A DNA stretch of 64,000 nt from Octopus sinensis (Eukaryota): contig NC_043014.1 in assembly GCF_006345805.1 (NCBI RefSeq), positions 16,244,001 through 16,308,000 of the forward strand, read 5' to 3'. Positions 32,401 to 45,639 of the stretch are shown here, in pieces. Under the pieces are notes generated by a model. The model ran no database searches and was not told the origin of the DNA. It worked only from the letters and a program-made list of their open reading frames with translations. A program made the translations under genes and the position numbers. Numbering within the stretch: position 1 is the first letter of the stretch; each line of letters opens with the position of its first letter.

Positions 32401-35400
32401 CTAGCAGCATAGCCCGGCGTTGCCCGGGTATGTAAAACCCCCTAGTAGGCAACGACTAATCCCAATGTAGTCCTTTCCCTCCAGGGAACGAAGGTGCATG
32501 TGGACGTTGCAATGTCTTGTCTTCACTGGAATACTTCTGTATATACGATGTTCCTAGCTGTCCGTTGGGCGAAAACATGAAAACATCATTGCGCCTCCCA
32601 ACGCGGTGAACAGCCCACGTAGAGGTGACCGTGGGCGAAGCACTGTTCGCCCAAATGTAACCCAGCGACTTGGCCTTGGGATTTATTGATGGACATTGCG
32701 AAGCAGAGTTTAACAGGAAACTGAGAACGCCTGAACCTGAAGTGGATTGGTAGGTCAGTGCCCGACGGTTGAAGGTGCATCCGTGGAATGAAGACGTCCT
32801 CTCCCTTCCACAACCGGTAAGTATTGTGGCCGTTATTAAATGTGGTGCCAAATGTTTCACAACCAACGTGTGCCGTTGCCACTGTTTAGGTGGGGAACCA
32901 AATTCCTGATGAGCATAATGGGCGCACCGACTTTTAACTTCAGGATGTGTGGTGGCAGGCCTGGCGGTTCAAGTGAATTCAGGAATTCAACAGGATAATC
33001 GGCAAGCTGGGCGGGGTCTGCTGTCTATCTATAGATTGTAGACGTGGACATCACCAGGAATAGCTTCAAGTAGCTGGATATTGATGGAGTTGACGGTTGT
33101 ATTTTGGGTGCGAGAATAGCTCTGCCTGCCAGCCATTTTAGGTCGCGTAAATTGTTTTGTAGGTCGTGGAAGACAGCGTCCCGGAGGCTAGCAGGGGTGT
33201 CGACAATGGTGCAAAGTGAGTCCAATTGAACGTAGCCATCCGCATCAGACAGCATCCTATTTTCACCGAGCGATAAGAGGTCCTGGAGAATGCAGCGGAT
33301 CCGCTGTCACCAATTAACTGCGCGCGCATGTTAGTTGGAGGTGCAAGGGCCGCACATGTGCCAAAGAGCTGACGACTTAAGGCACGCCCGCACGGCATCG
33401 GCACGGGTTCTTTTGGAATAACAGGTAGAGTCTGCTGAAGTCTCCTGAAAGAAGTAAAGTTAATCCTCCCATGGGGGCCGTTAGAGTCTCTGATGTCTTG
33501 CAGGGACTGTCCAGTGCCTCAAGGCGCCTTTGTGTGCCATAGTGCACTCGTCCATACGATGAGTTTGCATCTGCGAAGAATGTCGGCCTGTTCTGAGTTC
33601 TTGGCGATGGTTGCAGATAGGTGACTCGGACTTTGCCAGATCGAGCGGGAGTCTGAAGCACAGAGTGGGCGGTTCTGCCACCCGGAAGCAACGTGTAGCG
33701 ATACCAGAGGAAGCTACAGCCAGGGCAATGTCCGGTTGCGTCTGACCTCTGCCAGAATTAGTTAGTTAGTGACGAAGGTTTTGCCTGTGCCGCCGGGTGC
33801 ATCAAGGAAGAAAATACCCCCACGTTGCTGTCTGACAGAGTCTACGATGGTGTTGTAGGATTGCGCTGGTCTGGAAGCAGCCGTGGTTCATTATCTTGGA
33901 CGTACTGGTGCAGTTCCTCAATGCAGTAGGAAGTTTCGCGTAACAATTCAGCAGACATAACATTGGCGTGTTCACGTGTGGGTGGTGGAAGGCGTACTCT
34001 GTTAAAGCAGACCCACCCATATTGATGACAGCGTCTTCGAGTTGAATGAGCGCAAAATTGTAAATGAAGTTGGTGAACGTGATCTCGGCGGAAGGGCAGT
34101 GTTGCTGAGCGTACGTAAGAAGTCGTGCGACATGTCATCCCTGTATTTCATCCAGAGACTTAGTGGATGACTAAGATGACATTTTGAAGAAGGATTGCGA
34201 AAAGATGTCGTAGGGCCGAATGCGTTTGCAGTAAAGCACCCTCTGCCATCGTGGCGTCCCACTGGGAGTCATCCTCTAGAAGGCCAAGTCTCATACATGC
34301 TTCCCTGAAGGTGTCGCACAGAACCCCATTGACGGTACGTATATTGGCGAAACCTGTTGGACCAGTGACCTCATGCAGAAGGAGACGGAGAGGTAGAAGC
34401 ATTCTTGCTGGTTTGGCGGGATGTTGTAAACTCGACCCAGGCAGGAGTAAACTTGACGCCTGGGAAGCTTTCGACCGTTTTTGCCGGATTTCCGTCGAAC
34501 CCAGGTGTTTTAGACCACACGAAGTACGATGGGACCTGTGGGTACAAAAGCGTTCGAGCGAAGTCATCACGTTGGCATAATTGAAGAAACCAGTCAACGT
34601 TGTGTCTTTAGGGCTGGTGGCTATTGCACAGCACTTTGCTATGTGAAGTAAATCCGCTGTCCATTTTCCAAGTGTACAGCAAGCTGCACCACAGCCGGCG
34701 GTGTCTCTGATGGAGCGGGAAGCCGTAAATGCGCCAAAACGCTTCGTTGCTGCTGAGGTACCGGCCAGCCAAGTAGTTGGACACTCGTCGCGACTGGTGG
34801 TCCTCTGGATGCTGAGAAATGGCAGCATCGCTGCCTTGTTGATATATTTGCAGAACATATTGTATTGACCTGATGAGGAGCTGCAGAACTCAACGTTGAC
34901 GTGGGCTTTGAATATCTTCGACAGGAGAGGACAGTAGTAGGGGACAATGTAGCTGTTGTCCACTTGATGTGTCGCCCAACCGTAATCGTGCGGCCTCCAT
35001 TGGCTAGACTCCTTCGTTTGTACAGCGGATACCATCGCCGCCTGTTTGAGTCTCCAAAGTGAACGTTTAGGGAATCCCTTTGAGCAGGCTAATCCGTTTT
35101 TGTAGCATGGTGTGTGTGGCGTAATTGGTCCACAGGGCCCGTGTACCATGGTAGTTGCGGACAATTTCGTAGAGTCCGGGGTCCTCATCGGGGTCAGGAA
35201 TCTCGCGGAAATGAATTTGTCAATGTCATTAGTCTCGATTTTATGAGTGAGCCAAAATTAAGATGTGAGCATGTGGCAAGCCCCTCTTTTGCCACTCGAC
35301 CGAAAAATGTGGCATCTGACATGCCCGAAAATCTGACCCTTAACTATCAAATCCTTCATTTTGCCCAAATTCAGACGGAAAACCCTAGCAACGATGTCGT

Positions 35401-37816
35401 GTCGAGGGTGTGTGAGATTGACCCGGGAGGATTTCGCGAGTGATTTCGTCGCAGCTGGGATTGCACGTGTAGGTGATAAAGAGGTCCGGCCGGCCGTAAA
35501 TGCGCACGTAGGTCAAGGCGTCTTGGGTCCTTTCAGCATAATCGCGGTCCTCCCGTGAAGTGGAGGGTAGAATGCATGGCTTGCCGATGTTGCGAGGGTC
35601 ATTTTCTTGTTGCAAACCGTCACGGAGATGAATGTAGGAGTCGGAGCGAAGTTGGTCTGATTAAGTTTAATGTATAGCAGCCTTTCCGATTCCATTTTTG
35701 CGGCCATGTCGACGGCGAACTGGTTGAATAGCTGACGACAACGGGGCAATAAGTTGAACTCACCCTCCCTGACCATGAAACCGGTATGAGTAGAACGCCT
35801 GCAGGAAACCGTCTTTGATGCCGCAGTAGTTTGATTGGAGGGCTGCCGTAAAGGAATTCCGAAGTGGTAGCCGTCTTCCCATAAGGGAACAAGCAATGGA
35901 TACTGAAGCGCGTCATAAGATCTGTGAGTCTCGCTGATCTGTGTAGGTTGTTACCACGGGAGGAGATGATTATGTCACAAGCTGTTGTGTTGCTCTCCGT
36001 TGTATAACTGCGGCAATTCGTTGCACGCAGGTGCGTTGAAACGGCGTTCGTGCTCCCGTGGGTCGTTTATCAGCATCAATGACAACGGTGAAGTTTGGAG
36101 AAGGAGCACTGTCCAAGGCATATCTGAAGCTGCAGACGTAGCTGTTGATATCATGAAGCATGGTTTGGAGCCCTGGCTGTGTTTGCGGCGTTAGCAGCCT
36201 GGCGAGCTCTCCTCTGTTGAGGTGTTTCGGCAGCTTTGGCTATGGCTTTGTTTGCGGCGTCAGCATCTTGGCGAGTTCTCCTCTGCTGTGAGGTTTCGAC
36301 AGATCGTGTCCTGGCAGTGCTAGTGGCGTTAGCCGCATTCCAAATGGCCTTTGTTCGGGGGGGTTCTCGCGAGCTCTGCGGATGGAAGCACAGTAAGAAG
36401 CCCGCATGTTTTGGCTGGACTGTTGCTCTTTGTCTTCAACCTCGAGCGGAGGGAAGATCTGTACGCTGCGACCCTTGCAAGTCGGGTAGAACGGTCGCTA
36501 GTAGTTTCAGATGCCTGAGCAGCGGCATAACGGGAAGCTGTTTGCGAGAGGCGCAAGGCGGTTTCCTCGTGGGTCTCGCGTGCCCTTCTAGCCCTAGCAG
36601 CCGATGCCTTGGCCGTCCGAGGGCGGCTAGGAGGGGGGTCCTTCTCTTCTTGGGTGGCATTTTGGTGGATAGCAATGTGTTTGGCAAAGTGTAATAAAAC
36701 GGAACACGGGGGTAAGTATTTTGGTGGATAGCAATGTGTTTTGGTAAAGGTGTAATAAAAAGGAGCTCGTGGGGTAAGTATCCGAAAATGTATAAAAATG
36801 TACAAAAACGGCCAAAAAGCTGGCAGCAATGTGAGTGACAACAACGAAAAAGTCAAAAGTGATCAAACTGAACAAACGAAAGGAAAAGTTTTTTGATGCA
36901 CACGACAAAAGTGGTTTATAATAAAGTGGTTTCTAATAATAAGTTTGCAAGTAGCGTCCGAGGACCATTAGGGTACGTCAAAAATTGAAGGTAAAACGTT
37001 TGGGGTGGTAGTTATAAAGAAAGTTTAAACCCAAAAAGTATTCGAATAACTTGCGGCTGCAGCAGCTATTAGCAGAAGTGGCGGTGTTGGGGGTAAGTCT
37101 CGAATGTAATTTCTTCTGGTAGGAATTGGTTGGATCGAATTATCGATAGCTAAAAAGGTCAAGTTGCGTCCCCTAGACAGTCTGGTTTGTGTTAATACAC
37201 AAATTTGTTTGCTATGTGTGCCACATATGATTAAATTAACCGATTTTTTCAATAATGTATCCTATTGGAATAAAAGGGCTATATAGCTCCTTGGAGCAGA
37301 CATGATGCTCGTTTGAAAAAAAAAAAGATTCCTGCCAATTTGTGAAAGATATTGTCGAAAATATGTCATCTTGAATTTGAACGCGATTTCCCAAAATGGC
37401 ATGATTTTATCGATGTTTCTGATGGTAAGGTATTGCATGGAAAACTAACGTCAGAATTGAGTTTCTTAGGGGGTAACATTAAGCTTCACCATGAGTTTGG
37501 TGAAAATCGATTGCAAGTTGTGAAAATACCATAGATAATGCGTTGCATAAAAAAAGCTTAGATTCTCGAGTTGCGTCCCCTAGACAGTCTGTGGTTCATG
37601 TTTATGATTCTCGACCCCATGTCGAATTTATCAATTTTTTTCAGAACTGGGGGAACTTTTCAAACTTTTCGCTTCGTTAGTTTTGAATTATGACATTGGG
37701 CTATGTGTGTGTCAAGTTTCATCAGAATCGGTTGAAAGCCGTGGTCAGGGTGAGGGTACGAGAAAACAGACACACAGAAGCACGCACAGACAAACTGCCG
37801 TTTATATATAGAGAGA
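32401..37816 (-). mobile_element. Full-length, frameshift-riddled autonomous Helitron (Rep HUH + PIF1 helicase)
   Basis: 5' A|TCTCTCTATATATAAA at 37816; 3' hairpin 32413-32428 + CTAG|T at 32401; Rep motifs PDLFITYTCNP, VEWQKRGLPHAHILI, MVHGPCG; helicase motifs DAPGGTGKT, LPGGRTAHS, SINKSQGQ, spread over several frames. Confidence 0.93.
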
Positions 37817-38045
37817 TATATATGCGTGTGTGTGTGTGCGTGTATGTTTGTGTGTTTGTCCCCCTAGCATTGCTTGACAACCGACGCTGGTGTGTTTACA
37901 TCCCCGTCACTTAGCGGTTCGGCAAAAAGAGACCGATAGAATAAGTACTGGGCTTACAAAGAATAAGTCCCGGGGTCGAGTTGCTCGACTAAAGGCGGTG
38001 CTCCAGCATGGCCACAGTCAAATGACTGAAACAAGTAAAAGTGTT
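37817..38045 (+). mobile_element. SINE family A 3' half (continuation after the Helitron)
   Basis: Resumes with the TA/TG tract and tgtcccctagcattgcttgacaacc.. to the tail. Confidence 0.88.
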
Positions 38046-39034
38046 AAAAGAGTAATGTGGCTGTGTGGTAAGAAGCTTACTTCCCAACCACATGGTTCTG
38101 GGTTCAGTCCCACTGCATGGCAGCTTGGGCAAGTGTCTTGAGTGGATTTGGTAGATGGAAACTGAAAGAACCCCATCAGATGTGTGTGTGTGTGTTTGTC
38201 CCACACCACTGTTTGGCAACCAGCCTTGGTGTGTTTACATCCTCGTAACTTAGAGGTTCAGCAAAAAAACTAATAGAACAAGCACCGGGGTGAAAATGGT
38301 GCCCCAGCATGGCCAGAGTCCCATGCCCAAACCCACTTACAAGGCTTATGGTCAGCCCAGGGCTTGAATAGAAAACACTTGTCCAAGGTGGTGTGCAGTA
38401 AGATTGAACCCAAATCCACATAGTGGTTGAGAAGCCAGGATTTGAACTCCTGACCTTACAATCGTGAACCCTATACCCTAGCACTAAGCCACGTGCTTTC
38501 ACAGGAGGGAAGAAACAACACAAGGTACCACTGCAATCCGAAACAAATTAATAACAGGAAGTTGAGGCTTTCATCCAGGCCTGCTGTGATCCAGTCAGCC
38601 TGTGGCACCAGTGATGTGACATATAGCAGTGAAGGTAACAGCAAACTGTTATTTTTAGCAAGGTGGGTGACCACATATATGTACCCTCCTTGCTCCAAGC
38701 TGCGAGACGTTCACTGATGTTGTGGCAAGGAAGCCTCTCCCTCTATATAGCACACAAGTGACTAACACCCCCCTCGTCAATGTTTCATGCACTGGTCAGA
38801 CAGATAAATTTGGTACAACTTCATTAAATATTAGGATTAATTGATTAACTAATGGACTCATTAATTATGTATGACATTATATAATTAAATTTGGCTGGAA
38901 TAGAAATTGTAGTAATCAGTCAACCGAACAATGAAAGTAACTAGGGTTAGGGTTATCAGATTTGCTAGAAATAACAGTTAAACCTTTGTTGAATCTTACA
39001 ATGATGTCGTGTAAAACTTAAGGCTGTACAACAA

Positions 39035-39650
39035 CCACTAATACTAACTACTTTACTATACATTAGATAATGTAGTCCTAGATACACTATGTCTTTATAA
39101 AAGATGAGATGGCCACAGATGGAGCATCTTTGATCATGGGTCTGTCGGGATCAGGTCTGATCAGGAGTTAAACAAAAACAACTATAGCCACTAGTACTAA
39201 CTACTATACTATACATTAGATAATGTAGTCCTAGATATACTATGTCTGAATAAAAGATGGGATGGTCACAGCTGGAACATCTTTGATCATAGGTCTGTCT
39301 GGATCAGGACTGACTTGGGGTTAAACAACAAGAACTGTAGCCACTAATACTAACTACTATACTATACATTAGATAATGTAGTCCTAGATACACTATGTCT
39401 GAATAAAAGATGGGATGGTCACGCTGGGACATCTTTGATCATAGGTCTGTCTGGATCAGGACTGACTTGGGGTTAAACAAGAACTATAGCCACTAATACT
39501 AACTACAATACTATACATTGGATAACGTAGTCCTAGATACACTATGCCTGAATAAAAGATGTGACTGAATAGAAGACAGGATGGTCACAGCTGGAGCATC
39601 TTTGATCATGAGGCTGTCTGGATGAGGACTGACCTGGAGCTAAACAAGGT
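39035..39650. repeat. Tandem repeat, about 150-bp unit x4
   Basis: ccacta(a/g)tactaactac at about 39035, 39188, 39341 and 39490; related fragments at 28420-28560. Confidence 0.9.
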
Positions 39651-40862
39651 AAGAAGAGATCTTTTTTGTCAGTCAACTGTTAGGATAAAGAGGTGAGTGT
39701 GAGTGTGTGGAGTGGAGTATGACACTTGAGTGTGAGAGAGGAGTAACAATGTGGCAGTGAGGCTTTTTATCTTCATTGCACACGTACACACTTTATCATA
39801 AAACCTCACACGCACACACACAATCAAAGCCTCTCACTCACATTTACATACACACAGGCCCACTACCACACACTCCCTCACACCTTTATACACGTGCACA
39901 CACACACACACACACACACACACACCACTACAAATAAGAACCAAGTACGATATTGATCGTCAGTTGAATCGGACAATCATTATCAATCAGCTGTTCAATC
40001 GACCGAATTAAGTGCCAGGAGTGGCTGAGTATCCCATGGACACGTATAACCCTAATGTAATTCTCACACAGCACCGGCGTGACACTAACACAGATGGAGG
40101 CCTTCGAAACACCAACACTACTACTACTACTATCAGTGTTGTACTCACCACCATTCACAAGGCTTTGGTGGTCAGCCCAGGGCTATAGGGGAAGACAGTT
40201 GCCAAGGTGCCACACAGTGGAACTGAACCTGAGACCACTGTGGTAGGGAAGCAAACTTCTTCACCAATGAACAACGCCATGCTTTTGTGGCACATTGCTG
40301 TACCCAAGAAAACCTGCCAACCACAACAGAATGGAGATCCTAAAACCAAAGTGCCATGTAAGACAAGCATTAGTGTGAGTGCTGGTGTCACGTAAAAAGC
40401 ACCCAGTGTGAGGGGGGGTATCCAGCTGTGGAAACCAAAACCAAAGCAGACATGGAACCTCCTGTGGACCCTGGCCTTGCAAGTTCCTCCTATGAAACTA
40501 TCCAACCCATGCCAGCATGGAAAAGTAGAACTTAAATGTTGATGACAACGGTGCTTATTGAGTAAGGAGCAGATGATGCCCTTTTGATTCTCTGACAGGC
40601 TGCAAGAATCTTAAGCAAGGTGGAATGAAGGGCTTTGCTCAAGAACTCACATGCATTCACTAAGAGACCGTATATCTTCATGAATATTCCAAAAATCTTA
40701 AATTCCCTATTGTGTGCATGAGAAATATATATACACATACATGAATACACACACACACACATAAAGACATACATATATGCATACATAAATACATACAAAT
40801 ACATATACACATACATACTTATACACAACTACATACACACACACACACGCATATATATATAT

Positions 40863-41085
40863 ATTTCTTTACTACCCACAAGGGGCTATACACAGAGGGG
40901 ACAAACAAGGACAGACAATCGGATTAAGTCGATTACATCGACCCCCAGTGCGTAACTGGTACTTAATTTTATCCCGAAAGGATGAAAGGCAAAGTCGACC
41001 TCGGCGGAATTTGGAACTCGGAACGTAACAGCAGACGAAATACGGCTACGAAATACATGCTAACGTTTCTGCCAGCTCGCCGCCT
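40863..41085 (-). mobile_element. SINE family B
   Basis: Same diagnostic head/core/tail. Confidence 0.88.
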
Positions 41086-41269
41086 TTATATATATATATT
41101 ACATACAACTGAAGTACTAAATAATCCTCCAGTTTCATATTAAATTGTTTTTAGATACGATCTGACATAAAAAACAAGCATTTGGGTGAGAGAGTAATTG
41201 CATTGGTACCCAGACTGACGACGGTTAACAGAAAGTATCAGATACACTTGTATAACCATACACATATAT

Positions 41270-41304
<35 letters not shown>

Positions 41305-41644
41305 GTAATGTGTACATCATAGTCTATATGGATACAATGATTTTGCATGCGAGCTAGATTGCGTATACATATGTGTACATGCATTTGTGTGTTTATTTTA
41401 GCTTTGTATTTATACGTCTGTATATGTATGTGGTCTGCGCACATCTATCTGTGTATTTTGATGTATATATGTATAGTTTAATATGAATATGTACTGTTGT
41501 GTAATATTTTAATGCATTTTAACATTTTATTTTCAATTTTCATGTATTAATTATATTTCCTTTATTAATGACAATATGTATTTTAACCAAAGATTTGATG
41601 TAAGGTTTTTTCCTCGAATTTTATAATTTTTATATATATACATA

Positions 41645-41880
41645 TATATTTCTTTACTACCCACAAGGGGCTAAACATAGAGAGGACAAACAAGGACAGA
41701 CAAAGGGATTAAGTCGATTACATTGACCCCAGTGCGTAACTGGTACTTAATTTATCGTCCCCGAAAGGATGAAAGGTAAGGTCGACCTCGACGGAATTTG
41801 AACTCAGAACGTAACGGCAGACGAAATACGGCTACGTATTTCACCCGGCGTGCTAACGTTTCTGCCAGCTCGCCGTCTTC
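41645..41880 (-). mobile_element. SINE family B
   Basis: Same diagnostic head/core/tail. Confidence 0.88.
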
Positions 41881-42233
41881 AATTTTTATATATGTATATA
41901 TATATATATATTTTTTGAGCTCATTTTTGTTTATCGCTCGAAAATTTGACCGTTATTTGTAAAGGACCACTCAAAAAAGTCCATTTTTAAAGGTGTAGCA
42001 TTTATACTAGTCTGGATAGAATTGACATATCGGTTCTATTCTAGCAAAAACTGTCCGACGAACGACAACGTGAAACTCAGAGTAACAGGTTTTGTTGAAT
42101 TTTCTGCTGATTTAAATAAAGCATATTACTCTACCACTGGTATTTGAGTACTCTTTTTTCCACCTTGTTTCACATTTATGTGTTTACTCCGGTATTATAT
42201 ATACATATATATATATAATATAATATATATATA

Positions 42234-42273
<40 letters not shown>

Positions 42274-43292
42274 TATATGTAGTAATCAAGTACATATACA
42301 CACCAGGCCATAGGATGAAACTCCATGTGAATACACATACACACACAAATGTGGATGTAAACACAAACATTGCATCATCATCATCATCTTTTTAGTTTAT
42401 TTTCATACTGACATTGTTGTTTCTTTCCATTTCATATCATTATTAAGGAATGAGAGAGAGCAGCGCCAGCCATTGTTATTATTGTTATTACTTCTCTATA
42501 GCTATTATGTTACACTCACAAGAGACATGTGGAAGTTTTCTATTCCTACATGTTCCCCAAGGCTACGCTGACACACAAACTTATCTACCGTACAACATAG
42601 CAGGCCCCTGTCACTGAAGGTTGACCGTGCCTATCCAGACATGCACGCACTTTCCCATGGGGCAGGGGTAGGGATTTGGGGGGAGGCGGGAACTTCCACA
42701 GAGGGACTGGCTACATTACTAATGAACCACACTTTCCCCTACCCCTCTCCACACCACTGAAGGTTTACCTCAGACAAAGGTCACTGACCTGGGTCAGTGC
42801 ATTGACCCAGATCAGTCCCAACTACTTGGCTCCGGGTTCAGTCACACTGCATGGCACCTTGGGCAAGTGGATTTGGTAGACAGAAACTGAAAGCCCGTCA
42901 TATCTATCTAGGTGGTGCTCCAGCTTGGCCACAGTCAAATGACTGGAACACATAAAACAATAAAAAATAAGATATATAATGAGAACGCATGGTCTTATGG
43001 TTGAGAAACGCTGGGTTTAAAGTGTGACAGAGAGGTCTTGCTATAGAAGAGGTACATGGTTAGCTGGCCAGAGAGAAGGAGGGCAGAAATAGGTGTGCTG
43101 TTTGTAAAGGAGGTACATGGCTACCTAGGCAGAGGTAAGGGCAAGCGATGGTTGGAGAGAGAGTGATCAAGAATGAGGGCAGAAACCGGTTGTTGCTGTG
43201 TGGAGATATAAGCTTACACCACCAAAGGGAGTAGGAGGTAGCAAGAGCGGGAGAGGGTGAAGTGCCAGGGGATACTCGCAAGGAATGGGGAT

Positions 43293-43570
43293 CATCATCG
43301 TTTAACGTCCGCTTTCTATGCTGGCATGGGTTGGACGATTTGATTGAGGGCTCGTGAACCAAATGGCTGCACCAGGCTTCAATCTTGACTTGGCAGAGTT
43401 TCTACAGCTGGATGCCCTTCCTAACACCAACCACTCCGAGAGTGTAGTGGGTGTTTTTACGTGCCACTGGCACAGGGGCCAGTCAGGTGGTACTGGCAAC
43501 GACCTCGCTCGAATCTTTTTACACATGCCACCGGTACAAGTGCCAGTAAGGTGACGCTGGTAAAAATCAT
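43293..43570 (-). mobile_element. RTE 3' tail fragment (family C)
   Basis: atcatcatcgtttaacgtccgc..ggatgcccttcctaacaccaaccactcc. Confidence 0.8.
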
Positions 43571-43764
43571 GCATAAATGAGATTGTAGAGTAAAGAAGAG
43601 AGAGAAAAATGTGAATAAATAAGTATCACATTTGGTAGAATAATCCAAATACGAAAGGGTTAAAAAAAAGGGACAACAGTGGGGGTTGAAGGGATGGAGC
43701 AGAAATCAATATAAAAGCAATGCAAAACGAGAGAAATGAAAAGTGCAAGAGATGGGGTACATAC

Positions 43765-44223
43765 CTTGAATGACTTTATGTCTCCTTTGAACACATCATT
43801 TCGTAAGGGATAGGCAAACAAGCGTCCTACGTAGGCTGTCGTATCTCCAATACCCCACATTAATGACACGGGGTCACAATGAACGGCGGTGGTAGATGCA
43901 GTGGCGGCGGTAGTGGTGGCTGCGTGATTTGCCTCTCCCTTTTTGCTTTTGTCGAGGGACTTCAAGTAACTTTGGATGTCGTTGAGTTTCAGCTGCATGC
44001 TGGCTGCCACGGGTGCCGGTGGTGGGGCCCCGACGTCCCTCTCCATGTTGAATATGCCATCAGCGGGTTGCTGCTGTTGGTGCTGTGCCTCCAGTGCAAA
44101 GGTTGGCTGCATCAGCAGTGCAATGCACAGGATGAGTGTCATCCAGGGGCAGAGGGGCGAGAGGAAGTGGCGTCTGTGTGGGGCCATGTGGGTGGCTGAG
44201 GAAGTGGCTGGGAGCAGCAGCAT
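43765..44223 (-). CDS. DAG1: Dystroglycan-like protein, coding exon 1 (signal peptide + start of first Ig-like domain)
   Basis: Acceptor ttctcttccag| at 44237/44236, ATG at 44223, hydrophobic MTLILCIALLMQPTFA, WGIGDTTAYVGRLFAYPL..DIKSFK then GTATGT donor; 459 nt = 153 codons, in frame with exon 2. Confidence 0.88.
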
Positions 44224-44344
44224 GTAAGTGGGGCACCTGGAAGAGAAAGAAGAAAAAGTATTTAGAAATATATAAAGGCACAATACAAGCATTTAGTGTA
44301 TTCCAAGATATACAGAGGCATAGATACATACACATTTATGCACA

Positions 44345-44450
44345 TACGAGGTGCTATCAAAAAGTTCTCAGACTCGTTATAATTAATAAAAGATAACTTG
44401 TTTATCTAAGTTTTAACATTGTCTCTTCAAAACAGTCACCTTGCATAAAT
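44345..44450 (+). mobile_element. Probable mariner-type terminal remnant
   Basis: TA|CGAGGTGCTATCAAAAAGTT resembles mariner TIR starts; no partner TIR found. Confidence 0.4.
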
Positions 44451-44529
44451 ATGTATGCGTATATATATATATATGTATATATATAACCTATGCTAGCGTG
44501 GAAAACGGACGTTAAACGATGATGATGAT

Positions 44530-44575
<46 letters not shown>

Positions 44576-44674
44576 AACATACATATATAAACACACATAT
44601 ACATACATATATATACACACACACACACACATATATATATATACATACACACACACACACATATATATATACAC

Positions 44675-45395
44675 ATGGAGGTTACGGAGAGGGTCATAGC
44701 CCAACTGATTAGGGAGAGAGTCAACTTGGACGAGATGCAGTTTGATTTTGTGCCAAGGAAAAGCACCACTGATGCCATATTTCTGGTGAGACAGCTGCAG
44801 GAGAAATACCTAGCTTTCGTTGACATGGAGAAAGCCTTTGACAGGGTTCCCCGATCACTTATCTGGTGGTCAATGAGGAAACTAGGGATAGATGAATGGT
44901 TAGTGAGAGCTGTACGAGTCATGTACAGGGACGCTGTTAGTCAGGTGAGGGTTGGCAACAAGTACAGTGAAGAATTCTAGGTAGAGGTTGGGGTCCACCA
45001 AGGTTCAGTCCTCAGCCCCCTCCTATTTCTCATAGTCCTCCAGGCAATAACGGAGGAATTCAAGACAGGATTCCCCTGGGAGCTCCTCTATGCTGATGAC
45101 CTTGCTCTAATTGCTGAGTCACTATCAGAACTGGAGAAGTTTCAGGTGTGGAAGCAAGGTTTAGAATCGAAGGGCCTTAGAGTCAACCTAGCAAAAAACA
45201 AAATTTAAAAAAATAGGAAGGTAGACAAAAAGCACCCACTACACTCATGGAGTGGTTGGCGTTAGGAAGGGCATCCAGTTGCAGAAACACTGCCAGATCA
45301 GACTGGGCCTGGTGCAGCCTTCTGGCTTCCCAGACCCCAGTTGAACCGTCCAACCCATGCTAGCATGGAAAGCGGACGTTAAATAATGATTATGA
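44675..45395 (+). mobile_element. Internally deleted RTE LINE (RT fragment joined to the family C tail)
   Basis: QFDFVPRKSTTDAIF..FVDMEKAFDRVPR..GVHQGSVLSPLLF..LLYADDL, then a jump to aaaagcacccactacactc..ggacgttaaataatgat. Confidence 0.9.
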
Positions 45396-45420
45396 CACAC
45401 ACACACACACACACATATTA

Positions 45421-45600
45421 TCATCATCGTTGTTTAGCATATGCTTTTCATGCTGGCATGGGTCGGACAGTTTGACTGAGGGCTGGCAAGCCAGAAGGCT
45501 GCACCAGGCTCCAATCCAATCTGGCAAGTTTCTACAGCTGGAAGCCCTTCCTAATGCCAACCACTCCAAGCGAGAGTGTAGTGGCTGCTTTTTGCGTGAC
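45421..45600 (-). mobile_element. RTE 3' tail fragment, inverted relative to the 45232-45395 copy
   Basis: Reverse-complement tail sequence. Confidence 0.75.
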
Positions 45601-45639
45601 ACCAGCATACACACACACACATATGTCTTGCAAACAACT

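Larger units (their letters stand above)
25830..43764 (-). other. Phase-0 intron of the dystroglycan-like gene (17,935 bp)
   Basis: AAG|GTATGT donor at 43764, polypyrimidine + CAG acceptor at 25830; joins DIKSFK|VMEAGK in frame. Confidence 0.9.

Noticed and set aside
38938-38955. Telomere-like ctagggttagggtta
   Set aside because: Only about two TTAGGG units, which is expected by chance.
42530-42710. NF-kB-like sites (gggaacttcc and partial matches) in the intron
   Set aside because: One consensus 10-mer in 64 kb is not significant without conservation or ChIP data.
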